From the NCBI RefSeq assembly GCF_963921235.1, contig NC_086097.1:214026001-214090000 (forward strand): 64,000 nt of DNA, given 5' to 3'. How positions within the stretch are numbered: the first letter of the stretch is position 1; each line of letters starts with the position of its first letter. A program made the position numbers and the translations under genes. The notes under the pieces are model-generated. The model was not told the DNA's origin, searched no databases, and was given only the letters and a program-made list of their open reading frames with translations. Of this stretch, positions 1 to 12,898 are shown piece by piece. The DNA is from Mobula hypostoma (Eukaryota).

Positions 1-2109
1 ATATTTAATTTGAACTTTGAACTCGAACTTTTGAAAAGGAATGGGTAGGATCCAGGACTATCTGGACATTTAAATATCAATAATGGATCAAGATAGTGAA
101 CAATCCTATCCCTTTATTATTCATGGGGCAAGCACATTAAGAATGAGGTGCAGTTATGGTCATCATAATACAAAATAAATTATTGAAGGAGACAACTCAT
201 TTGTACAAGGATTGAGGGATTGGTTTATGAGAAGAAGTTGTGTATAATTTGGTATGCTTTCTTAGAAAATTAAAGGATAAGAAGTAATGTGATTGATTTA
301 CAAATTAAAGGGGGTGAAATAGCAGACTACAATAAGGTGATACACCCTTTTTCAGGACTCTCATGTTAGACCAAATTCAATGTTGATCTGTTGATCAGTG
401 AGAGAATAGTCGATCCCTTGAGGCACAATGAAAGCAGGTAATATTGAATCAGAATCAGGTGTAATATCACTGGCATACGTCGTGAAATTTGTTAACCTAG
501 CAGCAACAGTACAATGCAATACAATACATAATAATAGAGGGAAAAAAACAGAATTGCAGTAATTATATATGTGTGTGCAACTATATGTGTAAGCACATGT
601 GTTTCTTGGATTTACTGTGTGTGGCCACAGGAAAATACATCTCAGGGTCACATATGGTAGCATATATATACTTCGATAATAATTTAAATTTTAACTTTGA
701 AGAATAACATTAGCTTTTAAAATTTTAGCAGAGTTAGTTGGGCATGACTTGGTGCATTATTAAATCATACTGGATGTCTGTGATAAGCCTATATGTATCC
801 AAGTTCTTACTCACTCTGTCTCATAATGACAGAGCCCAGGAATTTACTTCCAAGGGGAAGCCTTACAAGTCGACAATTCCTTCTTGGTTTCCTTCTCATC
901 TTACCCTTTCTGAAGTCCCCAATCAGTTCTTTTTGGAGTCATTAAACTCCAAATTTGATGTTTTCAGAACCTGTTCAGTGATAAAAATATTTCAGCATGT
1001 TTGAAAGGAACAGACAACTTTGGAACAGGGATTTTTAAAAAAATATACCACTGATTTCCTCACCTTGTCTGGTAGAGGAATGGACTAATTACTGGAATTG
1101 ATTGCAATGATTTATCAATGACGTTACTTCCATTGTAGTGGGTTATTATCAGCTTGGAGATGGTAAACTAAACAGAGCTTGTTTCCGTCTAGCAGTTCCC
1201 ATTTCATGTGGAGTGGGATAGCTCAGTGTGTCCCAGTAACAGAATACTCAGTTATCATAGGTTATTTAGTAAAATCACCAAATTTAATCTGACAACCCAT
1301 TTAGGTGGACATCTGTAGAACTGCTCCCTGGTGAAAGTAATCTTATTTACTTGTTTTCATAAGTGCAAATTACCTATGCTTGATACATCTTGTCAGACTA
1401 CATGCAGATTTTGTTAACACTTGACAGATGGACCAAAACCTTTTATTCAGAAGCAGCAAATATTTTTAGAAGAACTTCTGTGTACATTTATATAATCACA
1501 TATATAACTAGCATTGTGTAAAGCAGGGACTCTAAGGGTTGGTGGAGGCAGAGTTAGCAGTCTGTACCTACATGTGTCAGCTTCTTGCTCTTTTTAGGAT
1601 GACTTCATTAAGGTACAAAAAGGAGAGCATTGCAGCCAGTGATGGATCAAGTCCAGCAGTAATGGTGTGGAGTTCGGTAGGGAGATATTACAGGAGATAA
1701 CTGCACTATGGAAGCAAATGGTGTGGTTGGCTTTAAACACTGTGGTGAACATTAGAAAACAAGGAAGGAGATGCACTTTTGTGATATTTAATTCAATTCT
1801 TTCTACATTGATTGTGGCAGAGAATTCTTCTTCTGATGAGGAAGAGTTATACTTGAAATTCTGCTAAAGGTGGGCATTGAATTGGTTTTCAAAGACTTGA
1901 GAAAAAAGGTAGAATGGAAAATGGAATAATAATGAGATAGAGAAAATAGCGTGTCTAGAAGTTTGTATATTCCATTCTGCCATATTAATAGGTCGTCAGA
2001 AAATGTGGAGGTCTACTAATTCAGGAATTGTCTCTTTAGATCAGAACACTGCTAATGTCATTGAATGATTTGAGAACAAGAAAGAAAAGGATAAGGAATT
2101 GTTGTCTTT

Positions 2110-5100
2110 TAAGATCTTCTCCTGGGAATAAATTCATGGGCTCTTCAGCTACCACTTTCAGAACCCTGGGCCGTAGTCCATCTGGCCCAGGTGGCTTAAC
2201 CTATCTTCAGTCCTTTCAGCTTCCCAAGTACCTTCTCCTTAGTAATAGCAATTACTCTCACTTCCGCCTCCTGACACCTTCAAATTTCTGGTATACTTTT
2301 GGTATCTTCCACAGTGAAGACTGACACAAAGTATTTATTAAGTTTGCCTGTCATTTATTTGTTCCTCCTTACTACATCTCCAGTGTCATCCAGAGGTCTG
2401 ATATCCACTCTCACCTTAATTTTACTCTTTATATATCTGGAAAAAAATCAGCATTCCTTTTTGTGCTATTGGCTGTCTTACCTCTATATTTCATCTTTTC
2501 TCTTCCTATTGCTTTTTTAGTTGGCTTTTGTTGGTTTTTAAAAGCTTCCCAATCCTCTAACTTCCCACTAATTTTTGCTATATTATATGCCATCCCTTTT
2601 GCTATTATGTTCTTTTTGACTTCCCTTGTCAGCCACAGTTATGTCATCCTGCCTTTAGAATACCTCCTCTTCTTTCCTGCACCTTCCAAATTTCTGCCAG
2701 AAACTCCTGCTATTACCATCATTCCTGCTAGTGTCCCCTTCCAATGAACATTGGCTAGCTCCTGTCCCATGCCTTTATAATTCCCTTTACTCCACTGTAA
2801 TACTGACACATCTGACTTTAGCTTCTCCCTCTCAGATTGCAGGGCAAATTCGATCATATTATGATCACTATTTTTTTCCGAAGGGCTCCTTTACCTGAAA
2901 CTCCCTAATAAAATCTGGTTCATTACACAACACGCAGTCCAGAATAGCCTTTCCCCTAATGGGCTCAACCACAAACTGCTCTAAAAAGCTATCTCATAGG
3001 CATTCTACAATTTCCCTCTCTTGGGATCCAACACCAACCTGATTTTCCTAATCTACCTGCATATTGAAATCCCCAATGACTATTGTAACATTGTCCTTTA
3101 CACATGTGGTTCTATCTTCCGTTGTAAATTGCAGTCCACATCATGGCTACTGTTTGGAAGCCTGTATATAAATCCCATCAAGGTCTTTTTACCCTTGCAA
3201 TTTCTTGACTCCACCCACAAGGGTTCTGTATTTTCAGATCCTATGTCACCTCTTCCTAAGGATTTGATTTCATATTTTTTCCAACAGAGCCACCGACCCC
3301 CTTTGCCTACCTGCCTGTCCTTTCAGAATCAGAATCATGTTTATTATCACCGGCATGTGTTGTGAATTCTTTCCGTCCTGTGCAGTAGCCCTCCCCATAC
3401 TAGAGAGTGATGCAGCCTGTCAGAATACTCTCTACGGTACATCTATAGAAGCTTTTGAGTGTTTTTGTTGACATACCAAATCTCTTCAAACTCCCAACGA
3501 AGTATAGTTGCTGTCTTGCCTTCTTTATAGTTGCATCGATATGTTGGGACCAGGTTAGGTCCTCAGAGATCTTGACATCCAGCAACTTGAAACTGCTCAC
3601 TCTCTTCACTTCTGATCCCTTTATGAGGATTGGTATGTGTTCCTTCATTTTACTCTTCCTGAAGTCCACAATCAATGTGTATCCTCGTCTCACTGACGTT
3701 GAGTGCCAGGTTGTTGCCGTGACACCACTCCACTAGTTGGTATATCTCACTCTTGTACACCCTCTTGTCTCCATCTGAGATTCTACCAACAACGGTTGTA
3801 TCATCAATATAGATGGTATTTCAGTTATGGTTAGCCACACGGTCATGAGTACAGAGAGAGTAGAGCAGTGGGCTAAGCACACACCCCTGAGGTGCACCAG
3901 TGTTGATTGTCAGTGAGGAGGAGATATTATCACCAATCTGCACAGATTGTGGTCTTCCAGTTAGGAAGTCGAGGATCCAGTTGCAGAGGGAGGTACAGGT
4001 TCTGTAACTTATCAATCAGGATTGTGGTAATGATGGTGTTCAATACGATGTGTATCCTTGTATGTTAAGCTCCCAACAATAACCTTTCAACCATGACGTA
4101 GTGATGCCTATAACATTATACCTGCCAATTTAGACCATCTACCTTATTCCGTATACTGCGTGTATTCAAATATAACACCTCCAGACCTGTATTCACTTTC
4201 CTTTTCGATTTTGTCCCCATGTTCCACTGCAACTTATCCAATAACTGCAAATTTGCCCTATCATCTGCCTGTCATTCCTGACAGTCTCACTGCACACTCC
4301 AACCTGCATCCATTTGTAAACCAACTACACTATCCTGAGCCCTATCACTCTGGTTCCCATCCCCCTGCCACATTAGCTTAAACGCTCCCCAGCAGCTCTA
4401 GCAAACCTACCCGCAAGGATATTGAGTGCAGGTGTAACCTGTCCCATTTGTACAGGAGACCCTAATGATACAGAAATTTAAACCCCTGCCCCCTGCACCA
4501 GTTCTTCAGCCACCCATTCATTTGCCAAACCATCCTATTCTTACCCTAACTGGTGGATGGTACAGACAGTCATCCAGCGATTACTACCCAGAATGTCCTG
4601 CTTTTCAGCTTTCTACCAAACCTCCTAAGTTGTCTCTTCAGGGCCTCCTACCTTTTCCTACCTATGTCATTGGTGACAATATGTACCAAGGTTTCTGGCT
4701 GCTCACCCTTGTCCTTTAGAATGCTGTGGACCTGATCTGAGTTGCCCCTAACCCTGGCACCTGGGTCATATCATCCCCTCTGGTGGGTAGGTCCTCCCCT
4801 CAACAGTATCCAAAGCAGTATATTTATTATTGAGGGGAATGACCACAGGGATACTTTGCACTGGCTGTCCATTTCCTTTTCCTTTCCCTTTCCTGACAGT
4901 CACCCAGATACCTGCCTCCTGTAACTTAGGGGGACTACCTCCCTGTAGCTTCTATTATCACCTCTTCAGTATCCCACAGGAGCCAAAGTTGCAGCTCTAG
5001 TTCCTTAACATGTTCTCTGAGGAGCTGCAGCTTGGTGCGCCTGGTGCAAATGTTGTTATCTGAAAGGTTGGAGGTCTCCCAAAATTCCCACATCTCACAC

Positions 5101-5140
5101 AAAGACTACCACAAAGCCGCTGGAGCCATTCTCACAGTTC
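2110..5140 (-). mobile_element. Degenerate CR1-type LINE (5' ORF2/endonuclease and ORF1 region), interrupted by a Rex-like fragment
   Basis: Minus-strand peptide IEFALQSEREKLKSDVSVLQWSKGNYKGMGQELANVHW is typical of CR1 ORF2 after the endonuclease; many stops and indels. Boundaries approximate. Confidence 0.7.
3324..4040 (-). mobile_element. Rex1/Babar-like LINE RT and 3' fragment
   Basis: Peptides [16 protein letters not shown]...[17 protein letters not shown] and LIVDFRK...FYRCTVESILTGCI; (GATTCT)n-type tail reading AGAATCAGAATC on the plus strand. Confidence 0.85.
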
Positions 5141-6537
5141 TATGCACTAACAGACGAAGAATGAAGAAGAAACTTACCAGAAACTTACTTCACCCAAGTC
5201 TAGTGAGCCAAAGCCTCCCTGTTATAACACTGGTTCATTCCAACAATGGCCGCTTCACTGTCCCTCACGATTTGATTGGGCCACAGCAAAAACTGAAAGC
5301 CTGAGAACGCTCCTCTTTCAATCTCTCATCCCAATCTGTGTGTAGCCTCCACTCTCAATTCGATTTGCTATTTTTCAAATGGTTGGATCTTGCCAACAGT
5401 TACATGGTGAAATCTGGGTACTTACTCAGATAAATGCTAGCATTTGATCCATACTTATCCAAATGAAAAAATGCCCACAGCTGAGATGCCCAAAATTCAG
5501 AACCCTTTTGATAGAGGCCATTCTGGATTTTGGACAACATAAAAATCACGTTTGAAAAGAATATTTATTGACCATTCTTCCTGTTATCCACCACCAAAAT
5601 AAGGTCAGGTGTTTTAGGGGCAAATCAGAGCATGGGAACTTGATAAGCATGAAAAGAAAACAATGAAGTCAGTTGCTAGTTGAATTTACAGAAATGCCCA
5701 ATTTTCAGACAATTCTGCTTCTTAAGCAGCCAGATCTTGGACATTTGGCCTGTCATAAGGAAAGGGGTGAGGAGGAAATGAAAATTCAAAGCACTGAATA
5801 TCTTTTACAATACAGAAAATATAAACCCAATTGCTAAAATAGTTTTTCATAGCATAGAATTAGGTGACAGTAAAGAAACAAACAAGTAATATAATCTGAT
5901 GTGGCTAAGCAGAATGGTGCTAGTGTGTCTGTTCCAGCCAAGCAATTGCTGTTGGAATTCCTTCTAATAGCCATGAATAATTCCCTGGTTACCATCGGTA
6001 ATTATTACCATTTCCAAGTGATTGTTCACGGTTCAGTGAAAGGTCAGACTATGCATTAGTTGCATGGGAGAAAAAAGATCACTGGTTGATTGGCAGATAA
6101 AGAAAGAAAGAAGAAAGATTTAAACCACCATATTCCAATAGGATAGTAGAGAGGCTTCATATTACAATGGGTGATGCGCTCTTTGAACTGATTAGAGCTC
6201 TAATTTCCCTGCATCCAATTCTATTCCCTTATGCACCAGCTACATCACCATAAATATCTGTTCAGAAACTGCTGAATCTCTATGATATTGATAATTATTT
6301 GAAGGGGAACAATGCTGCAGAGGTGCCTGAAATAGAAACACATTTTCCCTTTACAAACCGAATAAACCAGTTATAAATTTCAGATTTTCAGAAGTAACGA
6401 TTAATTTCCTCACTTAATTCCAATTTTATCTTTCCCAATGTTAGCTCTTTTGAAGACATTGACTTCCATGTGTCCTTTGGGCATTTGTTTCCACTCTTGA
6501 ACACATTACATTCAAAATGTAGATATATAGCTAGATA

Positions 6538-7202
6538 TAGTGGATTCCGGTTAATTGTGACACATCGGGACCAGTATATTTTGGCCCAATTAAGCAGCTG
6601 CCCCAGTTGGCCGGTTTCATGGAAACAGTTAAAAAGGTATAAAAAAGACAAACTGAGCAATAAATTTTGTATTTAGATGAAATACAGAACAAATTAGAGC
6701 AGTAAATTTGATTGACTGTAAATCTGCGCAGACACCTAGTGTAGATAATGGACTGTCTTCATACAACACTATTGATGATTGCATCTTCCAAACCTTCATT
6801 TTCAAGATGATTGTCCATACCTTCAAATTCTTCATAGTTCCTAAGTTGCTGAAGTAGTGAAATTGTTTTACTGTCGGGCATTTCTGTCATCTCCAAGGCT
6901 GAATACACAAAACAGTTGTAAATTGTCTTAATCCTTACTACTCACCATCAGTGACAACATCACTGCTTTTTGAACACAAACACACACAACTGATGCTATT
7001 TAAAAACTGTTTGCTCTAAGTGTAGTGTCTAAAAGCCACACAAGTGCATGGGACTGACACTAGTTGGAAACTGTTTGGCAATGTGCCCCAAATAAATGAA
7101 GGGAAAAGCAGCAATTTTCTTATTAGTTTTTGTTCTTTAAGAGTTGACCCAAATAAGTGGCTGCCCCAATTAACTGATAGCGTTATTAACTGGAATCCAC
7201 TG
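6538..7202. mobile_element. Non-autonomous Tigger/pogo-like DNA transposon
   Basis: Terminal inverted repeats AGTGGATTCCGGTTAAT / ATTAACTGGAATCCACT; same family as 49927-51391. Confidence 0.75.
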
Positions 7203-8330
7203 TGCACCTTGAATTTGAATTCCACTTTTTTTTCCCATGCTTCCTCTTACTTTCATTTTTGAGACATCCTCTTTCATAACTTGCAGGCCATGTTTCTCTT
7301 CTGTTTAATTCAGTTTTTTGATGCTGAGTGTTAACCTCACTTTCCTTTAGTCAGGTCGTTTAGATTCATTAGTATACATTTTTTTGTCTCAGCCTCAAAG
7401 AGTTAATGCTCTTAGCTGTTTTTTTACTATTCTATAACCCTGCTAGTCTTTCGCCAGCAATAAAGAAAGCAGATTTTCTGAATAATATGATTCCTTTTCC
7501 ACTGTGCATTACCATTTGCTAATTTTCCATCTGCATCACAATCTGAGCCTAAAATCTCAAAAATATTTTATTCTTTTAAAAATGCAGAAAGGTTAAAGTG
7601 GATTAATAAAAAAAGCACAGTAAATATAAAAGTCTTCCCTTTCTCTAGAGGTAATTTCAGCCTAGAGATAATAGGACTGAGAGATCCTTTGCAAATTATT
7701 GTGCAGTAACAGTTAAATCTGAGAATACTTTGTTAATTATTTTAAGAGATGGCATAATATGTGTGCAATCTGCACGGAGAATAGAGTGACTTGCAATTAA
7801 GATAATAACACGATACAACTTCCTTTTGTTTTCAAGCCTGTCAATAACATTTCTTTTTTTTTAAACTGCAATACGTTTCTATTTTTCTTAGCATCAGATA
7901 ACAGTTGTGATAAATGGCTGAAGGAAATGTAAAGCCCACTGTTCTCTTGGATTAATTTGGATAAGTGTAATTTTGCTGATTGATTGCTTTGCCTTATCTT
8001 ATGAAAGTCTGCAATACATCTTAAAATTATATTTGAAAGCATTTATCACAGATGTTTTCAGTGGACACTAACAATACATGACAGATAATAGTAATCTGCA
8101 GTTTTGCATTTATCATTCTAGCCCTTTTGCTTTCTTTTGTAATTTTCCCAAGATTGTTACACACAACTTTCATGAGAACTATCTAGTAGAATTTATTTAC
8201 TTTGCTAAAATCTACTGGAGGGTTATGCAAAAAAGCAAAAAACTTATGTACTTAACTGAAAAAGGCAGCATAAACTCAAGAGATTGCAGATGCTGAAATC
8301 TAGAACAAAAAAAAGGTGTTGAAGGAACTC

Positions 8331-9538
8331 TCAGGATGAGGCTTTTCATTCTAGGACGAGGGAGATGTCTTCCTTTTTTAAAGAAAGGGGCTTCCCTTCC
8401 TCCACTATCAACTCTGCTCTTAAATGCATCTCCCCCATTTCACGTACATCTGCTCTCACTCCATCCTCCTGCCACCCCACTAGGAATAGGGTTCCCCTGG
8501 TCCTCACCTACCACCCCACCAGTCTCCGGGTCCAACATATTATTCTCCGTAACTTCCGCCACCTCCAACGGGATCCCACCACTAAGCACATCTTTCCCTC
8601 CCCCCCTCTCTCTCTGCATTCCGCAGGGATCGCTCACTACGCAACTCCCTTGTCCATTCGTCCCCACCATCCCTCCCCACTGATCTTCCTCCTGGTACTT
8701 ATCCGTGTAAGCGGAACAAGTGCTACACATGCCCTTACACTTCCTCCCTTACCACCATTCAGGGCCCCAAACAGTCCTTCCAGGTGAGGCAACACTTCAC
8801 CTGTGAGTCAGCTGGGGTGATATACTGCGTCCGGTGCTCCCAATGTGGCCTTTTATATATTGGCGAGACCCGACACAGACTGGGAGACCGCTCTGCTGAA
8901 CACCTACGCTCTGTCCGCCAGAGAAAGCAGGATCTCCCAGTGGACACACATTTTAATTCCACATCCCATTCCCATTCTGACATGTCTATCCACGGCCTCC
9001 TCTACTGTAAAGATGAAGCCACACTCAGGTTGGAGGAACAACACCTTATATTCCGTCTGGGTAGCCTCCAACCTGATGGCATGAACATCGACTTCTCTAA
9101 CTTCCGCTAATGCCCCACCTCCCCCTCGTACCCCATCTGTTACTTATTTTTATACACACATTCTTTCTCTCACTCTCCTTTTTCTCCCTCTGTCCCTCTG
9201 AATATACCCCTTGCCCATCCTCTGGGTACCCCCCCCCCGTCTTTCTTCCCGGACCTCCTGTCCCATGATCCTCTCGTATCCCTTTTGCCTATCACCTGTC
9301 CAGCTCTTGGCTCCATCCCTCCCCCTCCTGTCTTCTCCTATCATTTTGGATCTCCCCCTCCCCCTCCAACTTTCAAATCCCTTACTCACTCTTCCTTCAG
9401 TTAGTCCTGACGAAGGGTCTCGGCCTGAAACGTCGACTGCACCTCTTCCTAGAGATGCTGCCTGGCCTGCTGCGTTCACCAGCAACTTTTATGTGTGTTG
9501 CTTGAATTTCCAGCATCTGCAGAATTCCTGTTGTTTGC
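8331..9538 (+). mobile_element. 5'-truncated Penelope-like retroelement (end of RT, GIY-YIG endonuclease, 3' tail with hammerhead)
   Basis: ORF 8784..9110 VIYCVRCSQCGLLYIGETRHRLGDR...EH is a GIY-YIG endonuclease; upstream RVPLVLTYHP linker with a frameshift near 8610; direct repeat GTGTTGAAGGAACTC at 8316-8330 and 9539-9553. Confidence 0.92.
9403..9438 (+). ncRNA. Minimal type-I hammerhead ribozyme motif in Penelope 3' tail
   Basis: AGTC-CTGACGA-AGGGTCTCGGCCT-GAAA-CGTC-GACT: stem I AGTC/GACT, core CUGANGA and GAAA, short stem II, palindromic ACGT stem III, GUC cleavage triplet. Confidence 0.8.
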
Positions 9539-9590
9539 GTGTTGAAGGAACTCAACAGGTCAGGCAGCATCTGTGGACACAAAGATATAG

Positions 9591-10378
9591 AAACATAGAA
9601 AACCTACAGCACAATACGGCCTACAAAGTTGTGCCGAACATGCCCCTACCTTAGAAATTACTAGGCTTACCCATAGCCCTCTATTTTTCTAAGCTCCGTG
9701 TATCCATCCAAAAGCCTCTTAAAAGCCGTGTGCTGGCAGCCCATTCCACGCACTCAACACTCCCTGCGTAAAAAAACTTACCCCTGACATCTTCTCTGTA
9801 CCTACTCCCAAGCACCTTAAACCTGTGTCCTCTTGTGGCAACCATTTCAGCCCTGAGAAAAAGCCTCTGACTATCCACACAATCAATACCTCTCATCATC
9901 TTATACATCTCTATCAGGTCACCTCTCATTCTCCTCCGCTCCAAGGAGAAAAGGCCGAGTTCACTCAACCTGTTTTCATAAGGCATGCTCCCCAATCCAG
10001 GCAACATCCTTGTAAATCTCCTCTGCACCTTTTCTATGGTTTCCATATCCTTCCTGTAGTGAGGCGACCAGAATGAGCACAGTACTCCAAGTGGGCTCTG
10101 ACCAGGGTCCTATATAGCTGCGACATTACCTCTCGGCTCCTAAATTCAATTCCATGATTAATGAAGGCCAATACACCGTATGCCTTCTTAACCACAGAGT
10201 CAACCTGCGCAGCTGCTTTGACCGTCCAATGGACTCTGACCCCAAGATCCCTCTGATCCTCCACACTGCCAAGAGTCTTACCATTAATACTATATTCTGT
10301 CATCATATTTGACTTACCAAAATGAACCACTTCACACTTATCTGGGTTGAACTCCATCTGCCATTTCTCAGCCCAGTT
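9591..10378 (-). mobile_element. CR1 LINE 3' fragment
   Basis: MEFNPDKCEVVHFG...RAHLEYC and IEKVQRRFTRMLPGL peptides; CTATGTTT-type tail; ATATAG duplicated at 9585-9590 and 10379-10384. Confidence 0.92.
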
Positions 10379-12898
10379 ATATAGTCGATATTTCAGGCCA
10401 AGATCCTACATCAGCACCCTACCACTTACTGTATATGTCTTACTCTAATTTCACATTCCAAAATCCATCACCTCACACTTATTAGGATGAAATTTCATCC
10501 AGTTACCACCCAGTTTTCCAATTGATCTATATCCTGCTGTAGCATTAGATAACATTCATCACTATCAACAATGCGACCAATTTTGTGTCATCTACAAACG
10601 TACAAATCATACCTCCACCATTCACATCCTAAGTCGTTTATATGTGTCAGAAACAGCAAAGGTCCTAATACTGATGCCTGAGTTTTTAATACAGTAGTAA
10701 GATTATGTTACCTACTTGACAGGCTAGACTTGCCCACAGAGGATAATTAAAACTGATCTAACATGTTTTCAAAACAGATAATGAAAAATGGTGGAAAAAC
10801 TAAGTCAGGTATGCTCTGTGGAAAGAGATGATAAGAACTGTGGAGAGAGTGTTAACTTTTTAGGTGAGGGAGAAGTAAGTTAGCCTTAGTGATATCTGGT
10901 GAAACCAAGGGAATTCTGCAAGGTGATCACCCACTTCTCCAATATAGAGGTGGCCACATTGTGAGCACTGAAAATATGCTAGGTTGGAAGAAATGCACCC
11001 GGAAAGAATTTTTGGATCACTGAAAAGACACACATGAAGTTATAAGCAAGCATAGGAAAGGTAAACTACAAGAAAAATAACAATTCCACACTCTAATCCT
11101 ATTGGTGATGTTCTGTAGTCCACAGGGAACACACACTTTGCATCTCCTTGGTCTGCTCACTCCTTCCCACCTACCATTCCTCATTCCCAGCACTTTTCCC
11201 TTGCAGCCATAGGAGATATGACACTTGACCTTTCACCTCCTCCCTCACCACATTCCAGGGACCCAAGATGCCCTTCCAATTGAGGCAGAGGTTCATCCGG
11301 AACCATCCGGCCTGGTTTCTGGAGATGTCCCAAAGGACTGGCAAGTAGCTAATTTTGTTTAAGGAGGGAAATATGCATAACCCTGTAATCACAGAACGGT
11401 GATCCTCACATCAATAGTAAGGGAGCTATTGGAGTAGATTCTTAGGGGTGGGTTTTGTGAGCATTTGGAGAACCATGACTTAATCAGGAACACTCAGCAC
11501 AGCTTTTAAGGAGCAAGTCATGTCGTACTAATGCATGAGTTGAATGCTTCACTAAATTGAATGAGGCAGTCCAAGAAGAATAAAGGTAATGTTCATAGCC
11601 TGTTACTTGATAATATTCTATAATTGTAAATGAAAATAGGCAGGTGTTACTTTATTAACCACACATGCATTACTTTAGTTTTCTATGAATTACAGAATCA
11701 TGTATTGCAGAAAAAGCTCTCTGCCCTGCAAATCCACACCAATCACCAGGCACCCATTTACACCCCATCATCCAATGTCAATGAGCAGGTTTTACAACAC
11801 CAGGATTGCAGTACATGATTGAATCCACTTTGCTCAAGTTTTCTGCCTGTAATCAAATCCACCATTTTCTATTCAGTTGCTTTTCTAAAGATTGATGAAA
11901 AGCTAACCATAAATTAACGGCCATGTCCCAAGCTCCCATGCATCCCAGTCAATTGATTCCTGAAATATAGTGACAAAGCAAATTTGATTACACCATCTTT
12001 GCATGTGTAACAGATCCACAAAGCTTCCCCCAGATTTAAATGAAATATTGTTTCACATCACTGAAGTGTAATAACAGTTCTGAACTGGAAGAAATCTAAG
12101 TCACATTCTCTTACTCACTCTGCTGCATTCCCCTCTCACCGCCCCACCCCCCACCTTCAGCAGCTTTGATCGTGTCATAGCTTGTTCGTTGTTCGTTCAT
12201 CCTTCTTGCAGTTCTGCTCTCTGGCTGACCTTTCATCCAGTGGCTTCTGTTTTTTTTTATTGGAGAGCTTTTATCTTCCCCTAGGAGTTCTAATCATCAT
12301 TGCTGCAGCCTGGACTGTAACGTTAACCCCTCCTTTCTTCCTTGTGTTGCTATCTATAAGCTCCTCCCAATATGGTCAACTCTTTACCACAGCAGCTATA
12401 TTTCCCCCTCTCTCCAGGAAACCTCCATGTAATTAGAAATGAAAGAAGGATGACAAACTGAAAACCGGAGACAAAAGTAGCTGAGATAAATCACACATGG
12501 AGAAAAAGAGCAAATGGATTGAAAATACAAAAAGACGAGATTTTTTTTTTAGTTCTACAGAGTCACAGATGCACTAGTGAGTGGTGATGAAATCGTCCTC
12601 TTTTAGCCCTGCTGGGTGAAACATCTAACAATGAGTTCAAGAAGAAAATGAAGGCAAGGCCACTGAAAAGATAACGTTACTATAGTTCAAACTGAGAAAA
12701 AGGGAATAACTTTGTCAATAATGTGTTCGGAAATATGTACGAAGTATAGACCATTATCAACAGCCCTAAAGACCTATTTCTGAAAAAGGATACTGGATCG
12801 GTCTCAGAATCATGATTTTTTTTGCTATTATGTTTGAAGTTGAATCAGAATCATAATCAGGCATAGTATCACCGGCATATGTCTTGACATTTGTTGTT

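Noticed and set aside
8784..9110. Stand-alone homing endonuclease or bacterial GIY-YIG gene
   Set aside because: It is the C-terminal domain of a truncated Penelope-like ORF with the characteristic tail and TSD.
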